The notes below the pieces were generated by a model. The model saw only the letters and a program-made list of their open reading frames with translations, was not told the DNA's origin and did not search any database. Both the position numbers and the translations under genes were made by a program. A stretch of DNA of 64,000 nt from Candidatus Poribacteria bacterium (lineage in GTDB: Bacteria > Poribacteria > WGA-4E > GCA-2687025). The stretch is taken from the NCBI GenBank assembly GCA_963665845.2, contig OY762492.1, forward strand, positions 3,886,615 to 3,950,614, in the 5' to 3' direction. Shown here piece by piece: positions 27,600-37,627 of the stretch; within the stretch, counting starts at the first letter, position 1, and each line of letters opens with the position of its first letter.

Positions 27600-28766
27600 A
27601 TGCGCAGCCGCCTGTCGCATCTGGAATGCGCCGCCTGCGGGCATACGCTTTCCGCGGACGCCCTGCGGACGCTCTGCCCCAAATGCGGGCTTGTCCTGTT
27701 CGCGCGGTACGACATGGCGGCGTTGCGGCGGACGAAGCGGGACGACCTCTCCGCGCGGAAGGGTCGCATGTGGCGCTGGTTTGAGGCGCTGCCGGTCCTG
27801 GACCCGAACAACATTGTCTCGCTGGGCGAAGGCGCCACGCCGCTGCTTCACGCCGAACGGCTCGGCGAACGAATCGGCGCGCCCCGTCTTTTTATTAAAG
27901 ACGAATCGGGCAACCCGACCGGCAGTTTCAAGGCGCGGGGGCTGTCTGTAGCCGTTTCAAAGGCGAAGGAGCTGGGCGTCCGCTCGCTGACAATACCGAC
28001 CGCCGGGAACGCCGGCGGCGCGCTTGCGGCGTATGCGGCGCGCGCGGGCATTTCCGCCGATGTGTTCATGCCGGCCGACGCCCCAGAAACGATGCGCCGA
28101 GAAGCCGCCTACTACGGCGCGCGGCTTCATCTTGTTGACGGCTCCATCGCCGACGCGGGAAAAGCGGCGCGGCAAGCCGCCCAAGAAACCGGCGCCTTTG
28201 ATGTCTCCACGCTGAAAGAGCCGTACCGAGTCGAAGGCAAAAAAACGATGGGCATCGAACTGGCGGAGCAGTTTGGATGGGAATTGCCGGACGCGGTCGT
28301 CTATCCGACAGGCGGCGGAACGGGAATCGTCGGCATGTGGAAAGCGTTTGAAGAGATGGAAGCGCTGGGATGGATCGGGGAAAAACGGCCGAAGATGATT
28401 GTCGTTCAGGCGGAAGGGTGCGCGCCCATCGTCCGCGCCTATGAAGAAGGCAAGCCGCGCGCCGAGGCGTGGGTCAACCCGCAGACGAACGCGCCAGGTC
28501 TGCGCGTGCCTTCAGCCGTCGGCGATTTTTTGATCTTGAACGCGGTGCGGGAAAGCGGCGGATGCGCTGTCGCCGTCTCTGAAGAAGCGATCGTGGAGGC
28601 GGAGCGGACGATGGGGCGTTATGAAGGGATCTGCGCGGCGCCGGAAGGCGCGGCAACGCTTGCGGGCTATCTCCAGTTGGTTCATAATGGAGTCGTTGAC
28701 AAGCAGGAAAGCGTCGTCCTATTCAATACAGGTTCTGGATTAAAAACGCCCGAACGGCTCGAATAA
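27600..28766 (+). CDS. thrC: Threonine synthase family PLP enzyme
   Basis: N-terminal CxxC...CxxC, SLGEGATPL, NPTGSFKARG (PLP lysine), TAGNAG, EGKKT, PTGGG, NTGSGLK. Confidence 0.85.
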   Translation: MRSRLSHLECAACGHTLSADALRTLCPKCGLVLFARYDMAALRRTKRDDLSARKGRMWRWFEALPVLDPNNIVSLGEGATPLLHAERLGERIGAPRLFIKDESGNPTGSFKARGLSVAVSKAKELGVRSLTIPTAGNAGGALAAYAARAGISADVFMPADAPETMRREAAYYGARLHLVDGSIADAGKAARQAAQETGAFDVSTLKEPYRVEGKKTMGIELAEQFGWELPDAVVYPTGGGTGIVGMWKAFEEMEALGWIGEKRPKMIVVQAEGCAPIVRAYEEGKPRAEAWVNPQTNAPGLRVPSAVGDFLILNAVRESGGCAVAVSEEAIVEAERTMGRYEGICAAPEGAATLAGYLQLVHNGVVDKQESVVLFNTGSGLKTPERLE

Positions 28767-28800
28767 GGCGCAGCGTCCGCAGAGGCAGAAAGGGAGAGAC

Positions 28801-29313
28801 ATGGCGTACATAAAACGGGACGGCATTTTCAGATTTGAAACAAAAGACAGGGAGTTCAAATGGAAAGGGACGTGGGGCAACTGGAGCCGTACAAAAACGG
28901 TTTTTGGACTTGCAAAAGACGGATACAGCGGCTCAACGACCTTTAAATTCAAAAATACGGACGGGATCCAGAAAATCGAGATTCGCGCGCCGTTTCTTTC
29001 CGCGTACGGCGGTCCCATCCGCGGAGACGTTCATATCGAGCGGCATGAAAGCCGCGATGTCCGAATTGCCATGAAGGGCTTTATCGAGTCTGACAGCGAA
29101 GAAGAGGGCAAGAAGTTCCTTGAACAGATGGTTCCGGAAGTGGAGGCGGACGGCAGCGGCGCGGCGCTCCGTCATGCGTTCCCCGATCTGGACGCGCTTC
29201 CTGGACATATCCGTTCCGCGAGTATGGAGTATGAGGTGATCGCGCCTGAAGACGCGGCGATCATCCTTTCTGAAAAAGATTCAGGCGCAGGAAAAATAAC
29301 CGAACGGAACTGA
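28801..29313 (+). CDS. Hypothetical protein, homologous to the C-terminal domain of the next gene
   Basis: RBS GGGAGAG; IEIRAPFLSAYGGPIRGDVHIER matches IKLPASFLSAYGGPVEGDVHVAR in 29316-30098. Confidence 0.7.
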   Translation: MAYIKRDGIFRFETKDREFKWKGTWGNWSRTKTVFGLAKDGYSGSTTFKFKNTDGIQKIEIRAPFLSAYGGPIRGDVHIERHESRDVRIAMKGFIESDSEEEGKKFLEQMVPEVEADGSGAALRHAFPDLDALPGHIRSASMEYEVIAPEDAAIILSEKDSGAGKITERN

Positions 29314-29315
29314 TC

Positions 29316-30098
29316 ATGCAGTACAGCATTGTGAGAGAGGGCAGCATGGGGGAGCGATTTAAAAAAAAGCGGCGCGAGATTCTTGTCAAAGTCTCCTGCG
29401 GACGACTAACGCCGGAGGAGGCGGAAGAGGCGCTGATGCTGCTGGAAGAGGAGCAGCTCAGCTCCAACGGCGAAACGGCGTATGTTGAAATGAGGCGCGA
29501 AATGCGCAGCATGGAGCGGAAGACAGACGACGCAAAAAAACGGATGGATCAAACGCTGGAGTATATGGCAACCGTCGAAGAGCGGATGGAGGGGTACCAA
29601 AAATGGATGGGCGACGCGTCGGAAAAAATGGAAAACGCCCAAGAAGCGGTCAGCTACGCGATGGACAAACTGGCGTCCGCCGGCGCGGAGCATTCGTCCA
29701 AAACAACCTATGAGATCGTCGAAGACGGCTGTAACGGAACGGCGGAATACCAACTTGACAAGTCCGGCGGCGGCATCAACAAGATCAAATTGCCGGCGTC
29801 CTTTCTATCCGCATACGGCGGACCTGTTGAGGGCGATGTGCATGTCGCCCGCACGGACGGGCCCGGAATTCTCATCTATATGTGCGGATATTTTAAAGCG
29901 AACGAGAAAAAGAAGGGCAAATCGTTCATCGACAAAATGCTGCCGACCGTCTCCATTGAAGACGGGGTAGCGATCGTGGCGCATCCGCTCGCCAATCTGA
30001 AAACGCTGCCGGACGGGATCGAGCTTGTTTTCTTGGAAATTTTCATCAATGCGTCTGAAGAGGTGAAAATGGAGTTTGGAGCGCGGAAGAAGTCTTAG
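29316..30098 (+). CDS. Hypothetical protein: SHOCT-like N-terminal motif, coiled coil, C-terminal domain shared with the upstream gene
   Basis: RREILVKVSCGRLTPEEAEEAL motif; Met/Glu/Lys-rich helical middle. Confidence 0.7.
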   Translation: MQYSIVREGSMGERFKKKRREILVKVSCGRLTPEEAEEALMLLEEEQLSSNGETAYVEMRREMRSMERKTDDAKKRMDQTLEYMATVEERMEGYQKWMGDASEKMENAQEAVSYAMDKLASAGAEHSSKTTYEIVEDGCNGTAEYQLDKSGGGINKIKLPASFLSAYGGPVEGDVHVARTDGPGILIYMCGYFKANEKKKGKSFIDKMLPTVSIEDGVAIVAHPLANLKTLPDGIELVFLEIFINASEEVKMEFGARKKS

Positions 30099-30925
30099 CG
30101 TATCCGATCCGCGCCGGAGTAGATGTTGAACCGCCCGCCGCGCAGAAAGCCGACCAGCGTCATGCCGAACTCCAGCGCCGCGTCCACCGCGAGCGTTGAC
30201 GGCGCGCCGACCGCGGCGAGCAGCGGCAAACCGGCGCGAACGCTTTTCTGCGCGATCTCAAAACCTGCCCGCCCGCTTGTCAACCCGACGCAGTCGGAGA
30301 GCGGCGTTTCCCCGTCCAGAAAGCGGCGCCCAACCGCCTTGTCGACCGCGTTGTGCCGTCCGACATCCTCCCGCAGCGTCTGCAAATTGCCGGACAGGTC
30401 GAACAGCCCGAACGCATGCAGCCCGCCTGTCTGTTCAAAAACGGACTGCGCCTTCCGCAGCGCCGCCGGCAGCCCGTTTAAAAAATCGGGGGAGACCGCC
30501 CAGCGCGGCTCCATCGACGAGAGCCGCTCCCGCAGATCGTCGATGGTTTGCCGTCCGCAAACGCCGCAGGCGGAGTTGGCGCCGCGCTGAAATCCGCCGC
30601 TGGACGGAAACCGCGCTTCCTCTGACAGCTCCGCAACCGCTCGGTTTTCGCGCCTGTCCCTCGGCAGAGTCGGATCGGACGCATGCGCAATCGCGGCGAT
30701 CTGGTCTGGAGACGCGACGACGCCCTCGGCAAACAGAAGACCCGCCGTCAGCTCGGCGTCATGCCCCGGCGTCCGCATCGTCGTTAGATAAACCGTTTCC
30801 CGTCCGCCTTGGCGCAGGACGATTTCAAACGGCTCCTCCGTTGCGATCCAGTCTTCCCGCGCCGAGCGCTGTCCGTCAATCCACTTGATCAGGTCGGTCG
30901 TTTCGGAGCGGAGGTCGCGCGTCAT
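30095..30925 (-). CDS. fdhD: Formate dehydrogenase accessory sulfurtransferase
   Basis: EEPFEI, TMRTPGHD, SACGVCG, FEQTGGLH, REDVGRHNAVDKAVG, SGRAGFE. Confidence 0.95.
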   Translation of the reverse strand: MTRDLRSETTDLIKWIDGQRSAREDWIATEEPFEIVLRQGGRETVYLTTMRTPGHDAELTAGLLFAEGVVASPDQIAAIAHASDPTLPRDRRENRAVAELSEEARFPSSGGFQRGANSACGVCGRQTIDDLRERLSSMEPRWAVSPDFLNGLPAALRKAQSVFEQTGGLHAFGLFDLSGNLQTLREDVGRHNAVDKAVGRRFLDGETPLSDCVGLTSGRAGFEIAQKSVRAGLPLLAAVGAPSTLAVDAALEFGMTLVGFLRGGRFNIYSGADRIR

Positions 30926-33120
30926 CCGCCGTCGTCCAGCGAAACAATCTGAACGGTCGCGTTGTAGTCGGGGACGCCCGATTCAGGGTCGCCGATCTCG
31001 CGCGGCAACAGAACGTTGCATTCGGGCCAATGCGCCTGCAGGTTGCGCGGGAGGATCGGCGCCGTCTTGACGCGCGCTTTCATTTCGCCCTGCTCATTCT
31101 TCAACAGAATCGGCGCGCCGTCCGTCAAACCGAGCGCGTCCGCGTCCTCTTTTGAAATGAGAACATCGTTGCGCGCCGCCCCCGTCAACGGGTCGATTTC
31201 CCGCTGCTTCATCGAGTTGAACTGCTTGCCGCGGCGCGAACTCAAAAAATAACGCCCCTCCGCCAGACTCTTTTCAGGCGTCTCCAAGACGGCGAACTGC
31301 GCCTTTCCGTTCGGCGTGTTGAACCGCTCCCCGCCAAGCCGCGCCCCGCCCCATTGGACGGCGTCCCCCTTCTTCGACAGCGTTTCAATCCCCGCATACG
31401 GCTCCACGACGCGCGCGATCTCCTCCCGTATCGCCTGCGCGCTCTCAAAATGGATGAGCCGCTTGCGTTCCGGAAACGCGGTTTGCGCAATCAGCAGCGG
31501 TATCTCCCACTCCGACTTCGCCTCGCCGATTGTCTGCCCAGAGATATGGGGCGAGAAGTAGATGCGCCGTTCTGTGCTGGTTTCGGTTCCGCCGCCGTCC
31601 TGCTCATACCGCGTCTTGCCGGGCAGGAGGATCAGCTCCTCCGCCGGCGGCGTCAAGATCTGTTTGGAAAGGACGATGTCTTGATGAATGCGCGTCGGAA
31701 TTCGGGCTAGCCCCTGCTCAACATAGTCAGGGTCGGGCATCGTTTCTAAGAAGTTGCCGCCGACGGAGTAGAGAAGGTCGATCTCGCCGCGCGCCGCCGC
31801 CGAGAGCGTTTGAACCGCGTTCAAACCGGTTTCCGCCGATGGTTTGAAACCCCATATCTCGGACAGCGCCTCCGCCTGCTCCTCGTTGACGGCGCGCCCC
31901 ATCGCGTAAGCGTTCGGAACGGCGCCGACTTCAGCCCCGCCCTGAACGCCGCTGTGTCCGCGTATCGGCACAAGACCGCATTTCTCCCGCCCGACGAAAC
32001 CGCGGCTCAACGCAAGGTTGGCAATGGCGCGCACATTGTCGGTTCCGTTGCGATGCTGCGTGATTCCCATGCTCCACACAAAGACAGCTGAATTTGCCTT
32101 GCCGACAATCTCTCCAAACCGCTCCATGTCGGCGCGGGAGGCGCCGGAGCCGCGCTCAAGGCTCTCCCACGTTTGCGATTCCACATGGGCGCGCATTTCG
32201 TCGAACCTGTCGGTCCGCTGCGCGATAAAGTCGGCGTCCTGCATGTTTTCCGCCAGAACATATTTGAGCGCGCCTGTCAAAAAAGCGAGATCGCCGCCCG
32301 TATGAACGCGGAAAAAATCATCCGCCATCTTCGTTCCAGCCAGCGCGCTTCCCGCCGAAGAGGGTATCCAGTAACGCTTGAACCCTGGCTCCTCATACGG
32401 ATTCACAACGAGGACGCGCGTACCCTTCTTTTTCGCCTCATGGATATATTTCAACGTGACAGGCTGGTTGTTCGGCGTGTTGCTGCCGAAGAAAACGAGC
32501 AGGTCGGTTCCGATCCAGTCGCTGTAGGAGCAGGTGGAGGCGGCGTATCCGAGCGCCGATTTGAGAGCGGCGGCGCTGGGCGCATGGCAGATGCGCGCCG
32601 AAGTGTCCACATTGTTGGTACCGAGAAAACGGGTCGCTTTCTGCGCGGCGTAGTAGGTTTCGTTCGTCAAGCCGCGCGAGGTGAGATAGACCGCCAGCCG
32701 GCGCGGGTCATGCTCAACCGCCGAGCGAACCGCCCGCCCCGCCCGCTCCAGCGCCTCCTCCCAAGAGACGCGGCGGAATCCTTGATCGCCCTTTTCCCTG
32801 ACAAATGGGTACGGGATGCGTCCAAGGGCGCGCAGCTCCTTCCCGCTCAACCGCTGCAGAGGCTCCGCGTCTTTTAAAAGGTCGGGATCGAAAGCGGCTT
32901 GCGTGTTCAACTTCAGCAGCTCCAACCTGACCATGCAGAGATGGATGCCGGGCAGGGTGAAATCGCGGACGCCGGTCGTCCCAAGGGCGCACCCGTCGCA
33001 GACGCCTTGGGACAAAATGCGGCGGGCGTAACCCCATCGTCCGCGGTTCTCCCAGGCGACGCGCGCCATCTCTCGAAAATGTTTCGGCTTCTGTCGACCT
33101 AATCCGAACGGCGCTTGCAT
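30922..33120 (-). CDS. FdhF/YdeP-family molybdopterin oxidoreductase
   Basis: CDGCALG, YLTSRG, NNVDTSARICHAPS, WSMGITQH, PIRGHSGVQG, RRGKQFNS, PESGVPDYNA. Confidence 0.92.
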   Translation of the reverse strand: MQAPFGLGRQKPKHFREMARVAWENRGRWGYARRILSQGVCDGCALGTTGVRDFTLPGIHLCMVRLELLKLNTQAAFDPDLLKDAEPLQRLSGKELRALGRIPYPFVREKGDQGFRRVSWEEALERAGRAVRSAVEHDPRRLAVYLTSRGLTNETYYAAQKATRFLGTNNVDTSARICHAPSAAALKSALGYAASTCSYSDWIGTDLLVFFGSNTPNNQPVTLKYIHEAKKKGTRVLVVNPYEEPGFKRYWIPSSAGSALAGTKMADDFFRVHTGGDLAFLTGALKYVLAENMQDADFIAQRTDRFDEMRAHVESQTWESLERGSGASRADMERFGEIVGKANSAVFVWSMGITQHRNGTDNVRAIANLALSRGFVGREKCGLVPIRGHSGVQGGAEVGAVPNAYAMGRAVNEEQAEALSEIWGFKPSAETGLNAVQTLSAAARGEIDLLYSVGGNFLETMPDPDYVEQGLARIPTRIHQDIVLSKQILTPPAEELILLPGKTRYEQDGGGTETSTERRIYFSPHISGQTIGEAKSEWEIPLLIAQTAFPERKRLIHFESAQAIREEIARVVEPYAGIETLSKKGDAVQWGGARLGGERFNTPNGKAQFAVLETPEKSLAEGRYFLSSRRGKQFNSMKQREIDPLTGAARNDVLISKEDADALGLTDGAPILLKNEQGEMKARVKTAPILPRNLQAHWPECNVLLPREIGDPESGVPDYNATVQIVSLDDGG

Positions 33121-33126
33121 GACAGG

Positions 33127-34059
33127 TTAAAACGCCGCGCCGGCTTCGCGCCAGCCCTGTTGCGCGGGATAACGCTCATGCGGCTTGAAACGCATCATGA
33201 CATCCTCCAACCGGTCGCCGCGTATCTCCATCGCTTCAGGATCCACGACGCCCCATCCGCGCTTGGACGCATACTCAAAGACGCCCAGATCAAGCGGATC
33301 GAACCCCATCGCCTTTGTGCAGAGCGCGTCCACCGACCAGACATTCACGCCCGCAAAGACGCAGCGAAACGGCGCCGCGTCGGTTCCGCCCGGTCCGTTG
33401 CCCTGCAGACCCTCAATGCCGTCGATGACGGAGATGTCGGGCGTCAGATATTCCGCCAGCCGTATCAGGTTTCGGTTCAGTATCTGCGCCTCGCGCGGTA
33501 TTTCGCGCTCCGCGTGCGTCATGAACCCGTGCATTTTGACGCGGTCGTCCTTGCGTATCGTTCCCATGATCATGTTTTTGAGCGCCAGCGTCGTGTAAAG
33601 AACGTCATGCGTTTTGGCGACGGCGACGCTCATGGTTGAGGGGCAGTCCAGAACCGTCTTCGGCATGCCGACTTTCCATGCGCCGCCGTCCGCCAGTTCG
33701 CATTCCGTTTCAATCCACTCCGTTTCTTGGTGCAGGTCGATGAGGCGAATCGGGACGGCGTATTCGGACTGCAGTTCGTTGTATCCGAAGTTTTGAAACG
33801 CTTCGCCGCTGTATTTTTCGTTGCCGCCCTCGGCGATCCAGATTTCATCCGGCGCGTTCGGCAGCGTCAGCAGGAAATCGATGACTCCCCGCGCGGCGTC
33901 CGCCCGCGTGGACGCCAGCGGATTGACGTTGGATAAAAAGTTTGGCTTCAATAAGATCGGCGATTTCACCTTCGGGGCGATCTCGTCTCTCACCAGCTCC
34001 AAGGCTTCGCGCACCGTTTTTCGGCGGTCGTCTCCGCGCTTCAAGGCGACAGCGGACAT
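33127..34059 (-). CDS. DUF362 domain protein
   Basis: ILLKPN, IAEG, KTH...TLALKNM, VIDGIEGLQGNGP, VDA...MGFDP. Confidence 0.85.
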   Translation of the reverse strand: MSAVALKRGDDRRKTVREALELVRDEIAPKVKSPILLKPNFLSNVNPLASTRADAARGVIDFLLTLPNAPDEIWIAEGGNEKYSGEAFQNFGYNELQSEYAVPIRLIDLHQETEWIETECELADGGAWKVGMPKTVLDCPSTMSVAVAKTHDVLYTTLALKNMIMGTIRKDDRVKMHGFMTHAEREIPREAQILNRNLIRLAEYLTPDISVIDGIEGLQGNGPGGTDAAPFRCVFAGVNVWSVDALCTKAMGFDPLDLGVFEYASKRGWGVVDPEAMEIRGDRLEDVMMRFKPHERYPAQQGWREAGAAF

Positions 34060-34230
34060 GTTGATTCTCCTTACGCTTTACTCGTCTTTAATACCTTCAA
34101 CGGCGCGGCGTGTCAACCGGCAGAGTTTCCAGCCGCTGTTCACGCGTCAAGCGGGAATCTAGAGGCGGCGCAGAAACCGCCCGCGTCTATTTGCCGGTAC
34201 GGCTTCTTAAGAACGGCGCTTGAAAAAATG

Positions 34231-34260
34231 TTGACGCTATGTCCCGCCGTATATTATGAT
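34231..34260 (+). promoter_or_regulatory. Putative sigma70 promoter
   Basis: TTGACG-N18-TATGAT; a divergent TTGACA-N17-TATTAA lies on the minus strand at 34088-34116. Confidence 0.5.
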
Positions 34261-34350
34261 GTTTTTGTAGCATGGGTTTGCTTGCGTTGAAATCTGTTGC
34301 AGCGCGGCGATACGCATTGCTAAAATTTAAATGCGACAGGAGAACATACG

Positions 34351-34577
34351 ATGAACAAACGCATGATCAAGCGAACGATCCAGCATGGCGCTACTACCTA
34401 AAAGGAGAGACGCGCCTTGAAAACGCAAGCCTGGACCCTCTTGATCAAGATCCAAACATCAACAAGGCGCATTGGAAAGATACGCCGGCCGCTGCGTACA
34501 AAACGGAAACGCGGGAATTCCAACCTGACGAGGCACCTGGTCAGTTCTGGGTGGAAGGCTGGAACGACACTCCCTGA
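34351..34577 (+). pseudogene. Possible internally deleted gene remnant
   Basis: RBS AGGAGA + ATG opens only MNKRMIKRTIQHGATT* (34351-34401); a protein-like out-of-frame segment (DPAWRYYLKG...QFWVEGWNDTP*) ends at 34577. Confidence 0.4.
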
Positions 34578-34665
34578 ACCGTTAAGACGGCTGAACCGCT
34601 CCGCGTCCGCGCCGAGACATGCGTTCTCGGCGCGGACGCCCCCCTTCTGCAGAAAGGAACATGAC

Positions 34666-35784
34666 ATGATTTTCTTGACATTCTCAAAACGCTTGACGGT
34701 TCTCGCGGCGTTCAGTTTCTCGCTTCTGCTGTGCGCGTCCGCGCCGGCGGAAGATTATGTCCCGCTGGAAGATGTGACGAAACTGGAACGACCGACCATT
34801 TGTATAAAGCGAGATGGAAATCTTCGCCTCATAGACTGGGACGGCCAAAACGAGCGGCTCTGGATGACAGGCGACTTCGGATCCGCTAGATTTAGCCGAG
34901 ACGGCAAATACGCTTCCTTCTTCGTCGGCGACTACAAGCATTACATTCTGGAGCTGGAAACAGGGCGGCTCATCAATATGGAGGAATGGCGGGAAAACAA
35001 CGGGTACGAACATCTCTACATATCAGGCGACGCCTGGTGGTTCCCAGACGGAAGGCGGCTCGCATGCCGCGGAAATGTCAAAGGAGGGCAGGCATTTGGG
35101 GATGATATTTACGTGTTGGATCTCGATCGCAAGAGAATGATCAGGCTCACCAAAACGCCGCACAGGGACGAGTACTGGGCGACCGTTTCTCCAGACGGCA
35201 AGACGATCGCCTTCAACAGTTATCCGCCCAGCGAAGAAGAGAGAGCGGCGCTGGGCATCGAACACTTCCCCACCCATCTCTATACGATGAGGAGTTCGGA
35301 CGGGCGCCGGGTCGTCAATCTAACGAACAGCGGCGCGTCCTATAAGTATCCTGCGTGGTCGCCGGACGGCAAGAAGATCGCGTTTGCAGGCTCCGGCCGT
35401 CCGGTGAAAGAAGAAGACGAGCCAAACGGCCCTCACATCTTTATTATCAACCCGGACGGCTCCAACCTAGAGCGCCTCACTTTTCCCAAAGATGGCGTAT
35501 GGGCGCTGCCTCAGGACTGGTCGGCGGACAGCAAGTGGGTTCTTTATACAATGAAAGACGAAGAAGCGCCGGGTTCGCCCAGGAGCCTTTACCGCATCCA
35601 CATAGACACGCGGGAGATTGTTCGCATCAGAACGCCCAGCGCTGTCGCCAGTTGGGTTCATGCGGGCAAGAGCCGCTTCCTCGCCGTTGATCCTGCGGGC
35701 AAGAAGCATGACCAGTGGGGCGAAATGAAGGCGGCGGACGCTGAAGAAACGCGGACGGAAGAGAACGCCCCTGCCGAAGAATGA
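34666..35784 (+). CDS. Secreted TolB-like / PD40-repeat beta-propeller protein with AVDPAGKxxxxWGxMK tail
   Basis: RBS AAAGGA before ATG 34666; signal peptide; FSRDGK, WFPDGR, VSPDGKTIAF, PAWSPDGKKIAF. Confidence 0.88.
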   Translation: MIFLTFSKRLTVLAAFSFSLLLCASAPAEDYVPLEDVTKLERPTICIKRDGNLRLIDWDGQNERLWMTGDFGSARFSRDGKYASFFVGDYKHYILELETGRLINMEEWRENNGYEHLYISGDAWWFPDGRRLACRGNVKGGQAFGDDIYVLDLDRKRMIRLTKTPHRDEYWATVSPDGKTIAFNSYPPSEEERAALGIEHFPTHLYTMRSSDGRRVVNLTNSGASYKYPAWSPDGKKIAFAGSGRPVKEEDEPNGPHIFIINPDGSNLERLTFPKDGVWALPQDWSADSKWVLYTMKDEEAPGSPRSLYRIHIDTREIVRIRTPSAVASWVHAGKSRFLAVDPAGKKHDQWGEMKAADAEETRTEENAPAEE

Positions 35785-35822
35785 CGTCCGCCCGCGCGCC
35801 TTCATCTTGAAAGGAGCATGAC

Positions 35823-36926
35823 ATGGCCTTCTCCGCTTTTACAAAACCCTTGGCGGCGTTCGCAGCCGTTGTCGTCTTGCTTCTGCTGTGCGCGTCCGCG
35901 CCGGCGGAAGATTATGTCCCGCTGGAAGATGTGACGAAACTGGAGCGGCCGACCCTCTGTCTAAGTCTAGGAAACGCGCTGACGCTCATGGACTGGGACG
36001 GCCAGAACGAACGGCTCTGGATGACAGGCGACTTCGGCCTGCCCGCTAGATTTAGCCGCGACGGCAAATACGCTTCCTTCTTCGCCGGCGACTACAACCA
36101 TTACATTCTGGAGCTGGAAACAGGGCGTCTCATCGATATGGGGGAATGGCGGGAAAACAACGGGTACGAACATCTCTACATCTCAGGCGGCGCCTGGTGG
36201 TTCCCAGACGGAAGGCGGCTCGCATGCCGCGGAAATGTCAAAGGAGGGCAGGCATTTGGGGATGATATTTACGTGTTGGATCTCGATCGCAAGAGAATGA
36301 TCAAGCTCACCCAAACGCCGCTCAGGGACGAGTACTGGGCGACCGTTTCTCCAGACGGCAAGACGATCGCCTTCAACAGTTATCCGCCCAGCGAAGAAGA
36401 GAGAGCGGCGCTGGGCATCGAACACTTCCCCACCCATCTCTATACGATGAGGAGTTCGGACGGGCGCCGGGTCGTCAATCTAACGAACAGCGGGTCGTCC
36501 TATGAGTATCCAGCGTGGTCGCCGGACGGCAAGAAGATCGCGTTCCAAGGCTCCGGCCGTGAGCTGCAAGAAGAAGGGATCGCCGACATACAAATCTATA
36601 TCATCAACCCGGACGGCTCCAACCTAGAGCGTCTCACCGTTGCCAAAGACGGCGCGTTGGTAGCTCTTGAGGATTGGTCGGCGGACAGCATGTGGGTTCT
36701 GTATAGTATGCGTCAAGGCGAGCGTTTGCCCTGGAGCCTTTACCGCATTCATATAAAGACGCGGGAGATTGTTCGCATCAGAACGCCAAGCGCCACCGCA
36801 AGTTGGGTTCATGCGGGCAAGAGCCGCTTCCTCTCCGTCGATCCTGCCGGTAAAAAAAAAGCGCGATGGGGGGCGTTGAAAGCGGCGGAGCCGACGACGG
36901 CAGAGAACGCCCCCGCTGAAGAATAA
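35823..36926 (+). CDS. Tandem paralog of the TolB-like/PD40 protein
   Basis: Long stretches identical in DNA to 34666-35784; tail SVDPAGKKKARWGALK. Confidence 0.88.
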   Translation: MAFSAFTKPLAAFAAVVVLLLLCASAPAEDYVPLEDVTKLERPTLCLSLGNALTLMDWDGQNERLWMTGDFGLPARFSRDGKYASFFAGDYNHYILELETGRLIDMGEWRENNGYEHLYISGGAWWFPDGRRLACRGNVKGGQAFGDDIYVLDLDRKRMIKLTQTPLRDEYWATVSPDGKTIAFNSYPPSEEERAALGIEHFPTHLYTMRSSDGRRVVNLTNSGSSYEYPAWSPDGKKIAFQGSGRELQEEGIADIQIYIINPDGSNLERLTVAKDGALVALEDWSADSMWVLYSMRQGERLPWSLYRIHIKTREIVRIRTPSATASWVHAGKSRFLSVDPAGKKKARWGALKAAEPTTAENAPAEE

Positions 36927-37021
36927 CGGCGGGAATATCTTGTACTGCCAAGCTCTCTGTCCCAACTTTAAGCATGAGGTCAGAGGATGCAATCCATGCC
37001 GCGATCGTGTATCATGAGCAT

Positions 37022-37627
37022 ATGAAACAGATCATTTTTCCGATATGCGCATGCGTTTGCGCCGCGTTGTTTGCCGGGTGCGGGGGCGTCTATAGCGGAC
37101 ATCTGTTCGGCGTGGAGGGTCCGGGCGCTTCTTTGATGCCCAACTCCAAGGGGGTGTACTCCGTCAAGAACAACGTCGGGGTCGCCGCGGCGGCGGCAAA
37201 CGAGGTGAAAGAGGGGGACGCCTTTTACATTCTCATTTTTAATAACTCGCCCATGTTCATTGAGTACGACATGGCTGCCGTGACGCTGATAGACCAGGAC
37301 GGCAAGGAGCATAAACAGCTGTCGCGCTCCCGCGTACGCCAACTGCGGCGGCGGTATAAGAACCTGAAACCGCCCATCGGCTTCAAGGGGGACGTCTTCT
37401 CGCAGCGCGGCTATCGACTGGACCGCGGCGACAGGGTCAGCCCGCTCAACCCGGCGGATGTGATGTCGTCCAAAGTGATGCCGAAGAGCCGTTTTGAGTT
37501 TTTCGTCTTTTTCCCTCGAAAAAGCGCCGCCTCCGACGTTCTTCATCTCAAAATCCCTCAGGTGACCATGGGAAACACTGATGAAGAGCTTGTCTATATT
37601 TTTCGCTTTGAAAAGCAGACCGAGTAG
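37022..37627 (+). CDS. Hypothetical lipoprotein
   Basis: MKQIIF...LFAGC lipobox. Confidence 0.7.
   Translation: MKQIIFPICACVCAALFAGCGGVYSGHLFGVEGPGASLMPNSKGVYSVKNNVGVAAAAANEVKEGDAFYILIFNNSPMFIEYDMAAVTLIDQDGKEHKQLSRSRVRQLRRRYKNLKPPIGFKGDVFSQRGYRLDRGDRVSPLNPADVMSSKVMPKSRFEFFVFFPRKSAASDVLHLKIPQVTMGNTDEELVYIFRFEKQTE

Noticed and set aside
34351-34375. ACAAACGCATGATCAA resembling the array junction motif
   Set aside because: Match is short and needs a gap; could be chance similarity around a start codon
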